DNA from: Alphaproteobacteria bacterium
GTDB taxonomy: Bacteria > Pseudomonadota > Alphaproteobacteria > UBA828
Assembly: GCA_963422645.2 (NCBI GenBank)
Contig: CAXXVO010000013.1
Span: 87,457 to 151,456 of the forward strand
Reading direction: 5' to 3'
DNA: 64,000 nt
The stretch's first letter is position 1; each line of letters opens with the position of its first letter. The notes under the pieces are model-generated. The model was not told the origin of the DNA. It saw only the letters and a program-made list of their open reading frames with translations, and did not search any database. This document shows positions 45,641 to 56,621 of the stretch, in pieces. The position numbers were made by a program, and so were the translations under genes.

Positions 45641-46355
45641 TGTGCTGGAGATGATGACCCAGCTGAAGCTCGCAGGTATGCGCGCCGCTTACGACGACAT
45701 CCTTGCCGACGGGCTCAAGCGCCGCCATCCGGTGCAACAGATCATCGGTACGCTGCTGCAGGTCGAGATCGCCGACAAGAGGGCCCGCTCGATCAAGTAC
45801 CAGATGGCCTCCGCCAAGCTGCCGACGGTCAAGGAGCTGGCCGACTTCGACTTCGCCGCCTCGCCGGTCAACGAGCCCCTGATCCAGGAGCTCGCCGGCG
45901 GCGGCTTCCTCGAGGGCAAACGCAACATCGTGCTGGTCGGCGGCACCGGTACCGGCAAGACCCATCTCGCCGTCGCCATCGCGCGGTCCTGCATCCGCAA
46001 GGGCGCGCGCGGCCGGTGCTACAACGTCGTCGACCTGGTCAACCTCCTCGAGGCCGAGCTTCGCGCCGGACGCCAGGGCCGCACTGCAGACCAGCTCGTC
46101 CGCCGCGACTTCGTCATCCTCGACGAGCTCGGCTACCTGCCCTTCGCCCAGGCCGGTGGGCAGCTGCTCTTCCATCTGATGAGCCGGCTCTACGAGCGCA
46201 CCTCGATCGTCATCACCACAAACCTCGCCTTCGGCGAATGGCCATCCGTCTTCGGCGACCCCAAGATGACCACAGCGCTGCTCGATCGCCTCACCCATCA
46301 TTGCGAGATCATCGAGACCGGCAACGAGAGCTGGCGCTTCAAGAACCGCTCCTGA
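45627..46355 (+). CDS. istB: IS21 helper ATPase IstB
   Basis: Translation identical to copy 1. Confidence 0.97.
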   Translation: MERHDVLEMMTQLKLAGMRAAYDDILADGLKRRHPVQQIIGTLLQVEIADKRARSIKYQMASAKLPTVKELADFDFAASPVNEPLIQELAGGGFLEGKRNIVLVGGTGTGKTHLAVAIARSCIRKGARGRCYNVVDLVNLLEAELRAGRQGRTADQLVRRDFVILDELGYLPFAQAGGQLLFHLMSRLYERTSIVITTNLAFGEWPSVFGDPKMTTALLDRLTHHCEIIETGNESWRFKNRS

Positions 46356-46557
46356 CCCGCCGCCGGCCTCCCTTGCGGCCCGGTTGCCCCGGTGGGCCAA
46401 CAGGGACCCCCCACGCGGCTTCGCTCCGCGTAGCGCAGGGCGCCACACGAAGCCGCGCGGGTCCCCCCTATTGGCTACCGGGACAACCTCCGCCGTGCCA
46501 CTCAGGGGGGTCAATTTTGCACGCCGATCGGGGGTCAGTATTGAAAGCCGATTGACA

Positions 46558-47447
46558 GTGAAAAGGTCCTGCAGGCACGCGAAGGCCTCGTCGTGGGCAG
46601 CGAGGTCCTCGTGCCAGCGCGACACTGTCACGAACCCTCGTCGGCCTCGACGGCCATGATCGCGGCCAGCACCGCCAGGCGTTCGCCCGCCGGCATGGCC
46701 TCGTAGCGCCGGCCCCAGTTGGCCGCCTTGCGCTTGATGCACTGGCGCTCGGTGAAGTTCCGGCCGGCGAAGCTCGCCCAGTGCACCCGGTCAGGCGCGA
46801 AGTTGAACCACACGACCTCGGTCCGCACCTGGGCCTGGGTCGTCACCTGCAGCGCCAGCCGGCGCCAGCCCGCCAGCAGCTCGTCATAGAGCGCAGACGG
46901 GTGGCCGAGACCATCACCTGGCAGGGCAGACCCTTGAGCAGTTCGAGGAGCGCGACGTGGTCGGCCTCCTCGTACTCGAAGCGGTAGCGCTGCGACGAAC
47001 GCCGGGTCGCGTGCAGATAGGGCGGATCGCTGTAGACCAGCTCCGGGCCCAGAAACGGGAACGAGGCCAGGAAGGAATGGGCGCAGCCGTGCACCAACTC
47101 CACCGGGTAGTCGCAGCCAAAGGCCTCAAGCGCCCGCTCGTCGCGGTCGATCCCGATCGAGCGCATGGCCGCAGGCTTGCGCTTCATCAGCGCCCCGCCC
47201 CCAAGATGGCTCTCGATATAGACAGAGTGCCGCGGCATCAGCGCAATCAGCGCCTGGCTCAGACCGGTCGTCGCCTTCGACCCGAAATACCCCACCGGCT
47301 GCTCCTCTCATGCGAGAGTGCAACCCATAGGCGAGAGAACCTATACAGTCAAGCGGGGATCAACGACGCGCCGGCGGCGAAACGGCACCGACGGCAAGCA
47401 ACATCAGCACGCACTCAGAACTGGCGGCGGGGTACCTGGGTAGTTAC
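46558..47447 (-). mobile_element. Second, diverged MTase-carrying IS66 element; left end only, truncated by IS21
   Basis: IRL GTAACTACCCAGGTACCCC at 47447-47429, MTase homologue, then first 74 bp of tnpC (VTVSRWHEDLAA) up to the IS21 end. Confidence 0.9.
46628..47295 (-). pseudogene. DNA adenine methyltransferase homologue with a 1-bp frameshift (real or sequencing error)
   Basis: 15 differences in the first 130 aa versus 12640-13305; TCGGCCAC instead of TCGGGCCAT near 46905; C-terminal part continues in ORF 46628-46846. Confidence 0.85.
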
Positions 47448-47560
47448 CAAAATACGAACTGGCAAAGAAAGGCAACCTGCCAGACGTACTCTCGTTCGGA
47501 TCATTTGCGCCGCCGGGCGGCAGCGGCGGACGGCGGGATGTCGCGGCGGGAGCGCCCCTG

Positions 47561-49156
47561 CTACGCTGCTAGGTCCTCGCCGCCCAGCGCGCGATCGATC
47601 AGCGCGACCGTCTCGGCAAGCCCGTAGAGCGCGATGAAGGAGCCCACGCGCGGACCCTGGCTCTGGCCGAGGAGAACCTCGTAGAGCGCCCGGAACCAGT
47701 CCCGCAGAGACTCGAACTGGTGGCGCTTGCCGACCTCGTAGACCTCCGTCTGGATCTCCTCGGCGCTCGAATCCGCTGGCAGCGCGGCGAGCACGGTACG
47801 CAGGTCCTCGAGCGCCGCCCGCTCCTCCGGCAGCGGCGCTCGGTACGCCTTCGTCGGCTTCACCACGTCGCGGTAGTAGGTGATGGCGTGGCCGACCAGC
47901 GCGTCGAGGATGGGCGCGGTCTCCGGCGAGGCACCCGGCACGTAGCGTGTGATGAAGCCCCAGAGCACTGCCGGGTCCTCGGTGTTGCAGACGCTGGCCA
48001 GGTTGAGAAGAATGCCGTAGCTCAATCCGGTCTCGGGCGCCGGCGGCTGGCCGGTGTGAATGTGCCACGCCGGACTCTCGAGCCGCTCGAACGGTTCTTT
48101 CTCCGGGTACTTCGCGAGATGGGTCAAGTGGTCGTCCACGTGACGCGGAATCACGTCAAAGTAGAGCCGCTTGGCGCGCCTCGGCGCGTTGTACATGTAA
48201 AGCGAGAGCGAATCGCGCGGCCCGTAAGTAAGCCACTCCCCGATGGTGAGTCCGTTGCCGCGTGACTTCGAGATCTTCTCCCCGTTCTCGTCGAGGAAGA
48301 GCTCGTAGATGAAGCCGGCGGGTGGCCTTGAGCCCAGCGCGCGGCAAATCTTCCCCGAGAGTTCGACGGAGCTGATCAAGTCCTTCCCCGCCATCTCGTA
48401 GTCGACGCCGAGCGCGTGCCAGCGCATGGCCCAGTCGGCCTTCCACTGCAGCTTGCAGCGGCCGCCCGTGACCGGGACGGTCATGGTCTCGCCGTCCTCG
48501 TCCACGTAGCTCACGGTGCCCGCGTCCTCGTCGCGGGCCGTGATCGGCACCTGCAGCACGCGGCCGGTCTTCGGGCAGAGCGGCAGGAAGGGGCTGTAGG
48601 TCGCCTGCCGCTCGGCCCCCAGGGTCGGCAGGATGATGCGCATGATCTCGTCGTAGTGACGCAGCGCGTCCATGAGCGCGTCGTCGAACTCGCCCGAGCG
48701 GTAGGCCTCGCTCGAACTCTTGAAGGTGTATTCGAAGCCGAAGTCGTCGAGGAACGCACGCAGCCGCGCGTTGTTGTGGGCCCCGAAACTCTCGTGCGTG
48801 CCGAAGGGGTCGGGGATCTGGGTGAGCGACTTGCCGAGATGCTGCTCGACCATCGCGCGCTCGGGAATGTTGTCCGGCACCTTGCGCAGCGCATCCATGT
48901 CATCCGAGAAGGTGACGAGGCGCGTCGGGATGTCGCTCAGCGTCGCGAAGGCGTGGCGCACCATGGTCGTGCGCGCGACCTCGGCGAAGGTGCCGATATG
49001 GGGCAGGCCCGAGGGCCCGTAGCCGGTCTCGAACAGCGCGTAGCCCTTCGCCGGCGTCTCGCCGCCGATGCGCTTCAGGAGCGCCGCGGCCTCCTTGAAG
49101 GGCCAAGCCTTGGCGTCCTGGGCCAACTCTCGCAGGTCGTGTGCCGTGTCGTTCAT
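47561..49156 (-). CDS. lysS: Lysine--tRNA ligase, class I
   Basis: [50 protein letters not shown]; native start MNDTA at 49156. Confidence 0.96.
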   Translation of the reverse strand: MNDTAHDLRELAQDAKAWPFKEAAALLKRIGGETPAKGYALFETGYGPSGLPHIGTFAEVARTTMVRHAFATLSDIPTRLVTFSDDMDALRKVPDNIPERAMVEQHLGKSLTQIPDPFGTHESFGAHNNARLRAFLDDFGFEYTFKSSSEAYRSGEFDDALMDALRHYDEIMRIILPTLGAERQATYSPFLPLCPKTGRVLQVPITARDEDAGTVSYVDEDGETMTVPVTGGRCKLQWKADWAMRWHALGVDYEMAGKDLISSVELSGKICRALGSRPPAGFIYELFLDENGEKISKSRGNGLTIGEWLTYGPRDSLSLYMYNAPRRAKRLYFDVIPRHVDDHLTHLAKYPEKEPFERLESPAWHIHTGQPPAPETGLSYGILLNLASVCNTEDPAVLWGFITRYVPGASPETAPILDALVGHAITYYRDVVKPTKAYRAPLPEERAALEDLRTVLAALPADSSAEEIQTEVYEVGKRHQFESLRDWFRALYEVLLGQSQGPRVGSFIALYGLAETVALIDRALGGEDLAA

Positions 49157-50830
49157 CCTAGATCCGGCAGTTGCCGACGATGGACGGCCGGTTTTCGGGG
49201 CGGATTTCATCCTGCCAGCACTGCCCGAGGCGGCGGGAGCCAGGGTTGACGGCCCGACCGGCGGCCACCGAGGTACTTCTTCATCGCTTCCGCCAGGATT
49301 CGGCGCCAGCGATCTTCGGCGCTCAACTGCTCCGCACTTCGCATCAGATTCCGGAAGAAGCCGCTGATCCGCCGCAAGGCCGCGACAACCGCTCCCCGCC
49401 GCCCGTGGCTCGACGTCACCGTCAGCCGCGTCTGACCGGCGTGGTGGGTCTGGCGGCCAATCCCGTGAAGAAGAAGCGGGCGGCTGGTGATCGCCTCCCG
49501 GTGGTGATCGGGATCGGCCAAGCGCACGAACAAACTCCACCAATTGTAGATCAGCGCGATCAGCCGAGCCATGTGCTGGCAGCGCTTCAGGTCCCGCGTG
49601 GTGAAGCCGCCCCAGCCCCATTGGTTCTTCAGCTCGTCAAAGCCGTTCTCCGCGTCCGCACGGTCCCGGTAGAGCTGGGCGATCGAGCGAACCTCAAGAT
49701 CAAGAGACGTCGCCAGAACCGCGAACTCCCAGACCCCCGTGCCAGGCTTCGCGTCGGCCCAGAACAGATCGCCCTGGCCGTCATCGCTGCGCGTCAGCGC
49801 CACCGTCCCGGGCAAGAGACGGCGCAGCACCACAACGCGACGCGTCCGGCTCCAGCCGTGCAGGCGAAGCTCGGCCTCGATACCCCACCACCCCTGGCCC
49901 GCGTCCTGCCATCCGTCCCGGCCCGCCAGCCGCTCGGCAAGCTGGCGCGCGCCCTTCGTCAGGCGCAGCTTGAACAAATAGTCCAGCTCCGCCGCCTCGC
50001 ACGACGCCATGTTGCCCTCGTTCCCCCAGTCCTTGTCGCCCCGGACCAGGCGCGGCCAGCGCTCTCGGCCAAGGCGCTCAAGCAAGGCCCACAAAGACGG
50101 CGCCGCGTGCTTCGAGTGGTGACGGTCGCCCGGCGCAACATCAACATCCAGCACAAGGCGCGTGCCCGCCATCAGGAACGCGTGGCAGGCGTGCGAAGGA
50201 CGGCCAGGCTTCTTCGGGTTGTAGCTCACCACCGCCCCCTCCTGGTGGCCGTAGAGCGGCTTGATCGTCGTGTCGCAATCCAGGACCCAGGGCTCGCTCA
50301 GCAAGGGCCGCACCGTGTCGTCGAGATGGCCGTGCAGCCACGACGCGCCTTCGTCCGCAGGGATCCGTTCCAGAGCGCGCCGAACGGAATCTTCGCTCGC
50401 CACCTTGGTCATGCCCAACAGCGACGGATTGACCCCGTCGCCGCGCAGCGCCGTGATGTGCGCGTAGCGCCACTGCCCGGCAAGGATCGACAGCATCGTC
50501 GTCCCCAGGATGTCCCGCTTCGACGGCGCGTTCGGGCTCGTGTAGTGCAGCGGGCAGTCCGCCACCAGCGCGTCGAAGCGGCCGCTGACTTTCAGGTATT
50601 CGGCGAAGAACGCCAGATGACCCAGCGGTGTGGCCGCCGCATCCGGGTCCCATTCGACGTGGACGGTGCCGCCGAAGGTGTCCACCTTCACGGCCTCTCG
50701 GGCGAGCTCCCGCGCAGTGCTGGGACCATCACCCGCAGGGTGAGCCTCAAGGGCCTGTCTCGATTCGCTCATGCCCCCAGCCTACAAGGCTTTTCCCCGA
50801 TCGGCCCTGAAACCAACTGCGGGATTTAGG
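49157..50830 (-). mobile_element. IS1380-like insertion sequence (1674 bp)
   Basis: IRs CCTAGATCCGGCAGTTG / CAACTGCGGGATTTAGG (15/17 match), CC termini; 5-bp direct repeat TTCAT at 49152-49156 and 50831-50835. Confidence 0.9.
49207..50772 (-). CDS. DDE transposase (IS1380-like)
   Basis: [15 protein letters not shown]...[29 protein letters not shown]. Confidence 0.88.
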   Translation of the reverse strand: MSESRQALEAHPAGDGPSTARELAREAVKVDTFGGTVHVEWDPDAAATPLGHLAFFAEYLKVSGRFDALVADCPLHYTSPNAPSKRDILGTTMLSILAGQWRYAHITALRGDGVNPSLLGMTKVASEDSVRRALERIPADEGASWLHGHLDDTVRPLLSEPWVLDCDTTIKPLYGHQEGAVVSYNPKKPGRPSHACHAFLMAGTRLVLDVDVAPGDRHHSKHAAPSLWALLERLGRERWPRLVRGDKDWGNEGNMASCEAAELDYLFKLRLTKGARQLAERLAGRDGWQDAGQGWWGIEAELRLHGWSRTRRVVVLRRLLPGTVALTRSDDGQGDLFWADAKPGTGVWEFAVLATSLDLEVRSIAQLYRDRADAENGFDELKNQWGWGGFTTRDLKRCQHMARLIALIYNWWSLFVRLADPDHHREAITSRPLLLHGIGRQTHHAGQTRLTVTSSHGRRGAVVAALRRISGFFRNLMRSAEQLSAEDRWRRILAEAMKKYLGGRRSGRQPWLPPPRAVLAG

Positions 50831-50906
50831 TTCATCGTCCGGATCCGAAAGTCGGCGGAACATGCGCCGGGCCGCCGGCATGCGTCAACCGCTATACTCC
50901 TGCCCG

Positions 50907-53756
50907 ATGCCCGCCACCCTCGAGTCTCCCGCCCCTTCCCCGCCACCGCCGCCGCTGCTGCCGCGCGCGCCCGTGCTCGCGGTGTCGCCGCGTCATGCAG
51001 CCTGGCTGGACGAGTACGGCGCGCTCGCGCGGCTCTCCCACGACGCGGCGGCCCAGCGCCTGGCCGCCGACGGCCGCCCGCCCTACGTCTGCCATGCCAA
51101 GGCTACCGCCCGCAGGCTGGGCCTGCACACGCTGGCGGCGCTGGACGTGCTGGAACTCTTCGCCTTCGTGCATCCGGCGCGCCAGGCCGTGCCCACGGTG
51201 CGGGGGCTCGCGCGGGCGCTCGACCTGACGCTTCCCATGACCATCGAGGACGAGGCGGCGACCCTGCTCAGGGCGGCCGAAACCCTCCTCGCCGCGCTTG
51301 CGGCAGCGGGGCTTGCGGGCGCGGACGAGGCGCCCGCCATTGCGCGCACGATGGCGCGTGCGGGCTGGCTCTGGGGCGATGCGGTGGTGGCGGCGCTGGA
51401 GGCCGGCGGTCGCACGGCGCCGGGCGCGGGCCGCGCCGGCGACGGGGGCGCGCTCGCGGTCTGGACCCGGCTCAAGGAGTGGCAGGAGAGCGCGCCGCCA
51501 CCGGCACCGGGCCACGACCCGGTCGCGACGGCGGCGGCGCGGCAGCGCCTCGCGCTCCTGCTGGGCGAGGGCGCGGAGCCCAGGCCCGAGCAGGCGGACT
51601 TCGCGTCGGCCGCCTGCGCCGCCTTCGACCCCATCGAGGCGGAAGAAGAACCCCACGTGGTGCTGGCGGAGGCGGGCACCGGTGTTGGCAAGACCCTCGG
51701 CTACATCGCGCCGGCGAGCCTATGGGCCGAGCGCAACGAGGGCACGGTCTGGCTCTCCACCTTCACCCGCAACCTCCAACGCCAGATCGACCAGGAGCTC
51801 GACCGGCTCTACCCGGAGCCCAAGGTCAAGGCGGAGAAGGTGGTGCTGCGTAAGGGCCGCGAGAACTACCTCTGCCTGCTCAACATGGAGGAAGCGCTCG
51901 GCCGCAGCGCGCTGATGACGGGGGACCGCATCGCTTTAGGTCTCATGGCCCGCTGGGCGGCCGCGACGCGTGACGGCGACATCACCGGCGGCGATCTGCC
52001 GGCCTGGCTCGCCGACCTGCTCTGCTACGGTCGCACCCTCGGCCTCGCGGACCGGCGCGGCGAGTGCATCCACAGCGCCTGCACCCACTACCGCCGCTGC
52101 TTCATCGAGAAGAGCCAGCGCAAGGCGCGGCGGGCGGACATGGTGATCGCCAACCACGCGCTGCTCATGGTGCAGGCGGCACGCGCGGTCTTCGGCACTG
52201 GCGATGAACGAAGTGTGCCGACCCGCTACGTGCTCGACGAGGGGCACCATCTCTTCGACGCGGCGGACAGCGCCTTCTCCGCCCATCTCTCCGGCAGCGA
52301 GACGCGCGAGCTCAGGCGGTGGCTGCTCGGCCCGGAATCGCGGGGCCGCGGCGATGCCGGCCGCGCGCGGGGCCTGCGCAGCCGGATCGAGGACCTGATC
52401 GCCGACCGCGAGGCTGCGCGCGAGGCCCTCGATGACGCGTTGAAAGCGGCGCACGCGCTGCCCGGCACCGAGTGGCACCAGCGGCTCGCGGCCGGATCGG
52501 CGCAGGGGGCGTGCGAGCGCTTCCTCGCGCTGGCGCGGAGCCAGGTCATGGCGCGCGCGCCGGAGCCCCGCAGCGGCTACGGCATCGAAGCGCCGGTGTA
52601 CCCGCTCATTCCCGGCATAGCGGAGGCCGCGGCGGCCCTGGAGACGGCGCTGGCCGGGATCGCCCGGCCGCTCGGGCGGCTCGCGGCGGCGCTCGCGGCG
52701 CACCTCGATGCCGAGGCCGAGAGTCTGGAGACCGCCGAGCGCCAGCGCATCGAGGCCGTGGTGCGCGGGATCGAGCGGCGCGTTGGCGAGCAGCTCGACT
52801 CCTGGCGCTCCATGCTCGCAGACATGACCGCCGCGCCGGTCGCCGACGAGGAGCTCTCGCAGGACATCGAAGACGCCGCCGACCCCGCAGGCTTCGTCGA
52901 TTGGTTCGCGATTTCCCGCATCGACGGGCGCGATGTCGATGTCGGCATGCACCGCCACCACATCGACCCGACGATCCCCTTCGCCGCGTTCGTCATGGGC
53001 CGCTCCCACGGCGCGCTCATCACCTCGGCGACGCTGCGGGACGGCAGCGGCGATCCGGAGCACGATTGGGCCGCCGCAGAGGCGACGACGGGCGGGCGAC
53101 ACCTGAAGGCGCCGGCGATCCGCGCCGCCCTCCCCTCCCCCTTCGACTATGGCGCGCAGACCCGCGTGCTGGTGGTGACCGACGTCAAGCGGGGCGCGCC
53201 CGACCGGGTCGCGGCGGCCTACCGCGTGCTCTTCACGGCCGCCGGCGGCGGCGCGCTGGGGCTCTTCACCGCGATCGCGCGGCTGCGCGGGGTGCACGAG
53301 CGCATCGCGGGCACGCTGGACGCAGCCGGCCTCCCGCTCTGGGCCCAGCATGTGGACCCGCTCGACCCGACGACGCTGGTCGACATCTTCCGCAGCGAGA
53401 CCGACGCCTGCCTGCTCGGCACCGATGCGATGCGGGATGGCATCGACGTGCCCGGGCGGAGCCTGCGGCTCATCGTCTTCGACCGGGTGCCGTGGCCCAG
53501 GCCCGACATCCTGCACAAGGCCCGCCGCCGGGTCTTCGGCGGCGGCCGCTACGACGACCGGCTGACGCGTGGGCGGCTCCGGCAGGCCTACGGCCGGCTG
53601 GTCCGGAGGGCGGATGATCGCGGCGTCTTCGTGCTGCTCGACTCCGCGCTGCCGAGCCGGCTCGCCGGCGCCTTCCCGGCCGGCGTTGAGGTGGAGCGAG
53701 TCGGCCTCGCCGAGGCCGTCGAGATCACCCGCACCTTCGTCGGTCCGGAGGCATAG
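50907..53756 (+). CDS. DinG-family ATP-dependent DNA helicase
   Basis: RPEQ, EAGTGVGKT, KGRENYLC, Fe-S cysteines, DEGHH, TSATL, SPFDY, LRQAYGRLVR. Confidence 0.92.
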   Translation: MPATLESPAPSPPPPPLLPRAPVLAVSPRHAAWLDEYGALARLSHDAAAQRLAADGRPPYVCHAKATARRLGLHTLAALDVLELFAFVHPARQAVPTVRGLARALDLTLPMTIEDEAATLLRAAETLLAALAAAGLAGADEAPAIARTMARAGWLWGDAVVAALEAGGRTAPGAGRAGDGGALAVWTRLKEWQESAPPPAPGHDPVATAAARQRLALLLGEGAEPRPEQADFASAACAAFDPIEAEEEPHVVLAEAGTGVGKTLGYIAPASLWAERNEGTVWLSTFTRNLQRQIDQELDRLYPEPKVKAEKVVLRKGRENYLCLLNMEEALGRSALMTGDRIALGLMARWAAATRDGDITGGDLPAWLADLLCYGRTLGLADRRGECIHSACTHYRRCFIEKSQRKARRADMVIANHALLMVQAARAVFGTGDERSVPTRYVLDEGHHLFDAADSAFSAHLSGSETRELRRWLLGPESRGRGDAGRARGLRSRIEDLIADREAAREALDDALKAAHALPGTEWHQRLAAGSAQGACERFLALARSQVMARAPEPRSGYGIEAPVYPLIPGIAEAAAALETALAGIARPLGRLAAALAAHLDAEAESLETAERQRIEAVVRGIERRVGEQLDSWRSMLADMTAAPVADEELSQDIEDAADPAGFVDWFAISRIDGRDVDVGMHRHHIDPTIPFAAFVMGRSHGALITSATLRDGSGDPEHDWAAAEATTGGRHLKAPAIRAALPSPFDYGAQTRVLVVTDVKRGAPDRVAAAYRVLFTAAGGGALGLFTAIARLRGVHERIAGTLDAAGLPLWAQHVDPLDPTTLVDIFRSETDACLLGTDAMRDGIDVPGRSLRLIVFDRVPWPRPDILHKARRRVFGGGRYDDRLTRGRLRQAYGRLVRRADDRGVFVLLDSALPSRLAGAFPAGVEVERVGLAEAVEITRTFVGPEA

Positions 53757-53833
53757 CCGTCGCGACGCAGGCCGTGACTTTGGTGAGACGTCCGGGCTAG
53801 GGTCCGCGCGCCTTTCAACCAGCCGGTGCACGC

Positions 53834-54712
53834 ATGTCGGGAACGGAGTTGGCGCCCCTGCTCAAGCGGGTCGCGGAAGCGCTGGAACGCCTCTCGCCGA
53901 CCGGGGTGGAGGACGCTGGCCTCGATGCGGCGGAAGGCTTCGTCTGGCATGCCGATGGCGCCCGCCTGGAGGCCGTGCCCCGGATCAACCGGCTGGAGCT
54001 CTCGCTGCTCAAGGGCATCGACCGCGTGCGCGACATCCTGCTCGACAACACGCGGCGATTCGCGCGCGGCTTGCCCGCCAACAACACCCTGCTGTGGGGC
54101 GCGCGAGGAATGGGCAAGAGCTCGCTCATCAAGGCGGTGCACGGCGTGGTGGCGGCCGATGCCGCGGGCAGCCTCAAGCTCATCGAAATTCACCGCGAAG
54201 AGATCGCTTCTCTCCCGATCCTGCTCGGGCGCCTGCGCGGCTGCGACCACCAGTGCCTGCTCTTCTGCGACGACCTCTCCTTCGAATCCGAGGACACAAC
54301 CTACAAGTCGCTCAAGGCAGCGCTCGAAGGCGGGATCAGCGGGCGGCCCGACAACGTCCTCTTCTATGCCACGTCGAACCGCCGCCATCTGATGCCGCGC
54401 GACATGATCGACAACGAGCGCTCGACCGCGATCCACCCCGGAGAAGCGGTGGAGGAGTCGGTCTCCCTCTCGGACCGTTTCGGTCTCTGGCTCGGCTTCC
54501 ATCCCTGCGACCAGGCGACGTTCTTCGCCATGGTCGAAGGCTATGCCGACCATTTCGGCCTCACCGTGGAGCGCGAGACCCTGCACGCCGAAGCCGTCGA
54601 GTGGAGCATGACCCGGGGCGCCCGCTCGGGCCGGGTGGCCTGGCAGTTCGTGCAGGACCTCGCCGGGCGGCTCGAGGTCGAGCTCGCACCGGCCGACAGG
54701 CGCTCGACCTAA
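53834..54712 (+). CDS. DUF815 family AAA+ ATPase
   Basis: GLPANN.LLWGARGMGKSS, FCDDLSF, YATSNRRHL, SLSDRFGL, RSGRVAWQF. Confidence 0.92.
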   Translation: MSGTELAPLLKRVAEALERLSPTGVEDAGLDAAEGFVWHADGARLEAVPRINRLELSLLKGIDRVRDILLDNTRRFARGLPANNTLLWGARGMGKSSLIKAVHGVVAADAAGSLKLIEIHREEIASLPILLGRLRGCDHQCLLFCDDLSFESEDTTYKSLKAALEGGISGRPDNVLFYATSNRRHLMPRDMIDNERSTAIHPGEAVEESVSLSDRFGLWLGFHPCDQATFFAMVEGYADHFGLTVERETLHAEAVEWSMTRGARSGRVAWQFVQDLAGRLEVELAPADRRST

Positions 54713-54717
54713 GCTCT

Positions 54718-55869
54718 TTACTTGCGAGTGAGCAGGCGCAGCGGGTCCTGCGGCTCGCCGTCGCGCCGGATCTCGAAATGGGCCTGCGGGTGCGAGACGC
54801 CGCCCGACCTGCCCGAGTGAGAGATCACCTGGCCGCGCTGCACCACGTCGCCCTTCCCCACCAGGAGAGAGTCGTTGTGGGCGTAGGCCGTCATCCAGCC
54901 ATCGTTGTGCCGGATCAGCACGAGGTTGCCGTAGCCCCTGAGCTCGTTCCCGGCATAGGCCACCACGCCGCTCTGTGAGGCGCGGATTGCGCTGCCGACC
55001 GGTGCTGCGATGTTGATCCCGTCATTGTGTTTGCCGCCGGGCTTGGCGCCGAAGCCGGAGATCACCCGGCCTTCGATCGGCCAGAGGAAGGTGTTGCGCG
55101 TGGGCGGCAGCGGCACGTTGTCTGATTCGCTTTGCCGCGCCAGTGCGTAGAGCGTGGGTCTGGTCGGCGTCGCTTCCGGCTCCGCTCGCGCCAACCGCAC
55201 GCCGGGGGTACGCGGCGGCTCCGGTGCCTCAGGCTCCACCCGGATCAGCGGCGCGGGCTCCTCGGGCTTCACGTCGATTCGCGGAGCGAGCGTCGCGCGG
55301 GTCCGCGGAGTGGGCGCAGTAGCCTCCGCATGCGCGTGTCCCTCGGGCTCCACGCTGTCCGGAGTCGCGGGCTCGGCCTCGATCTCGGCCACCGCTATGG
55401 CCGGTGCGCCATTAGCATAGCGCGATGCCTCTGCCGGCGGCTCATCGAGGCGGGCGACGGCAAAGTCTGCGCGAGGAATTGCGAGCCGCTGGCCCGTGTG
55501 CAGCCAGTAGGGGTGGCTTAACTCGTTGAGCACGATGACCGCGACCGCCGCCACACCGTAGCGTTGAGCAATGTGTCCGACGGAGTCGCCGTACTCGACC
55601 GTCAGCACCAGCGCTGGCTTCTCCCGCGGCATCGGCGGCGCCGGCTGGGGCTCCGCCGTCTGGAAGGGTGGCGGCATCCTCTCCTCCGGCGCGGGAACGT
55701 CTTGTGCCGCCGCCAGCGCCGAATCGGCCTCGACGGGCGATGCGTCCGTCCGCTCGACCAGGCTGAAGGGAAGCCCCGTGCAGGCGCTTATTCCTAAGAG
55801 CACGGTTGCCATCAGGGCGCCGCCCGCAAGAGGCGCGACCAGTCCAGCCTCACGGATGCAGCCGATCAT
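54718..55869 (-). CDS. nlpD: LysM/M23 lipoprotein (NlpD-like)
   Basis: Lipobox-like ISAC, LysM (GDSVGHIAQRYGV), M23 NDGINI, GYGNLVLIRH, YAHND, HFEIR; ATGA overlap with surE. Confidence 0.85.
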   Translation of the reverse strand: MIGCIREAGLVAPLAGGALMATVLLGISACTGLPFSLVERTDASPVEADSALAAAQDVPAPEERMPPPFQTAEPQPAPPMPREKPALVLTVEYGDSVGHIAQRYGVAAVAVIVLNELSHPYWLHTGQRLAIPRADFAVARLDEPPAEASRYANGAPAIAVAEIEAEPATPDSVEPEGHAHAEATAPTPRTRATLAPRIDVKPEEPAPLIRVEPEAPEPPRTPGVRLARAEPEATPTRPTLYALARQSESDNVPLPPTRNTFLWPIEGRVISGFGAKPGGKHNDGINIAAPVGSAIRASQSGVVAYAGNELRGYGNLVLIRHNDGWMTAYAHNDSLLVGKGDVVQRGQVISHSGRSGGVSHPQAHFEIRRDGEPQDPLRLLTRK

Positions 55870-56621
55870 TCGATGACCTCCCGCAGCCATGTCAGGGTTC
55901 GCCGGTGAGTGAGATCCATGTGAAGCGGGGTGACCGAGACATAGCCCTCGTCGAGCGCGCTCATGTCGGTGCCGCGCTGCCCGCTGCCGGCCGCAGGCAA
56001 CTGTGCTCCGATCCAGAAGTAGGGCCTGCCCCGGGGGTCGATCCGCTCCTCCAGGGTATCGTCGAGCGCGTGCAAACCCTGACGCACGACCTTGAACCCG
56101 CGCACGTCGGCAGCCGGCAAGTCGGGGAAGTTCACGTTGATGAGGACACGCTTGGGCCAGCCGCGCTCGATCAGCATCGGCAGGAGACGCCCGGCCCATT
56201 GCTCTGCGGTCGCCCAATGATGCTTGCGACCGTCCCCGTAGGCCTGGCTGAATGCCACCGCCGGCACGCCGAACAGTGTTGCCTCCATCGCCGCCGCGAT
56301 GGTGCCGGAATAGGTCACGTCCTCGCCGACATTGGGGCCGTCGTTGACGCCGGAAAGCACCAGATCAGGCAGGCCGTCGGCCAGAATCTTGTTGAAGGCG
56401 AGGAAGACGCAGTCGGTGGGCGTGCCGTTGACCGCGTAGCGGCGCCCGGAGATACGGCGGAGACGGAGCGGCCGGTGCAGCGTGAGCGAATGAGAGGACG
56501 CGCTCTGCTGGGTCTCGGGCGCTACCACCCACACGTCCTTGGAGAGGCCGCGTGCGATCCGCTCCAGCACCTTGATGCCGGGCGCTTGGATGCCGTCGTC
56601 GTTGGTGACGAGGATGCGCAT
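55866..56621 (-). CDS. surE: 5'/3'-nucleotidase SurE
   Basis: ILVTNDDG, GTPTDCV, SGVN.G.N, YSGTIAAA, VSVTPL. Confidence 0.97.
   Translation of the reverse strand: MRILVTNDDGIQAPGIKVLERIARGLSKDVWVVAPETQQSASSHSLTLHRPLRLRRISGRRYAVNGTPTDCVFLAFNKILADGLPDLVLSGVNDGPNVGEDVTYSGTIAAAMEATLFGVPAVAFSQAYGDGRKHHWATAEQWAGRLLPMLIERGWPKRVLINVNFPDLPAADVRGFKVVRQGLHALDDTLEERIDPRGRPYFWIGAQLPAAGSGQRGTDMSALDEGYVSVTPLHMDLTHRRTLTWLREVIE

Larger units (their letters stand above)
44007..46557 (+). mobile_element. IS21 family element, copy 2 (direct repeat of copy 1; no differences seen)
   Basis: Same ends, same 2551-bp length and same IstA/IstB translations as 15017-17567; no target duplication. Confidence 0.95.
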
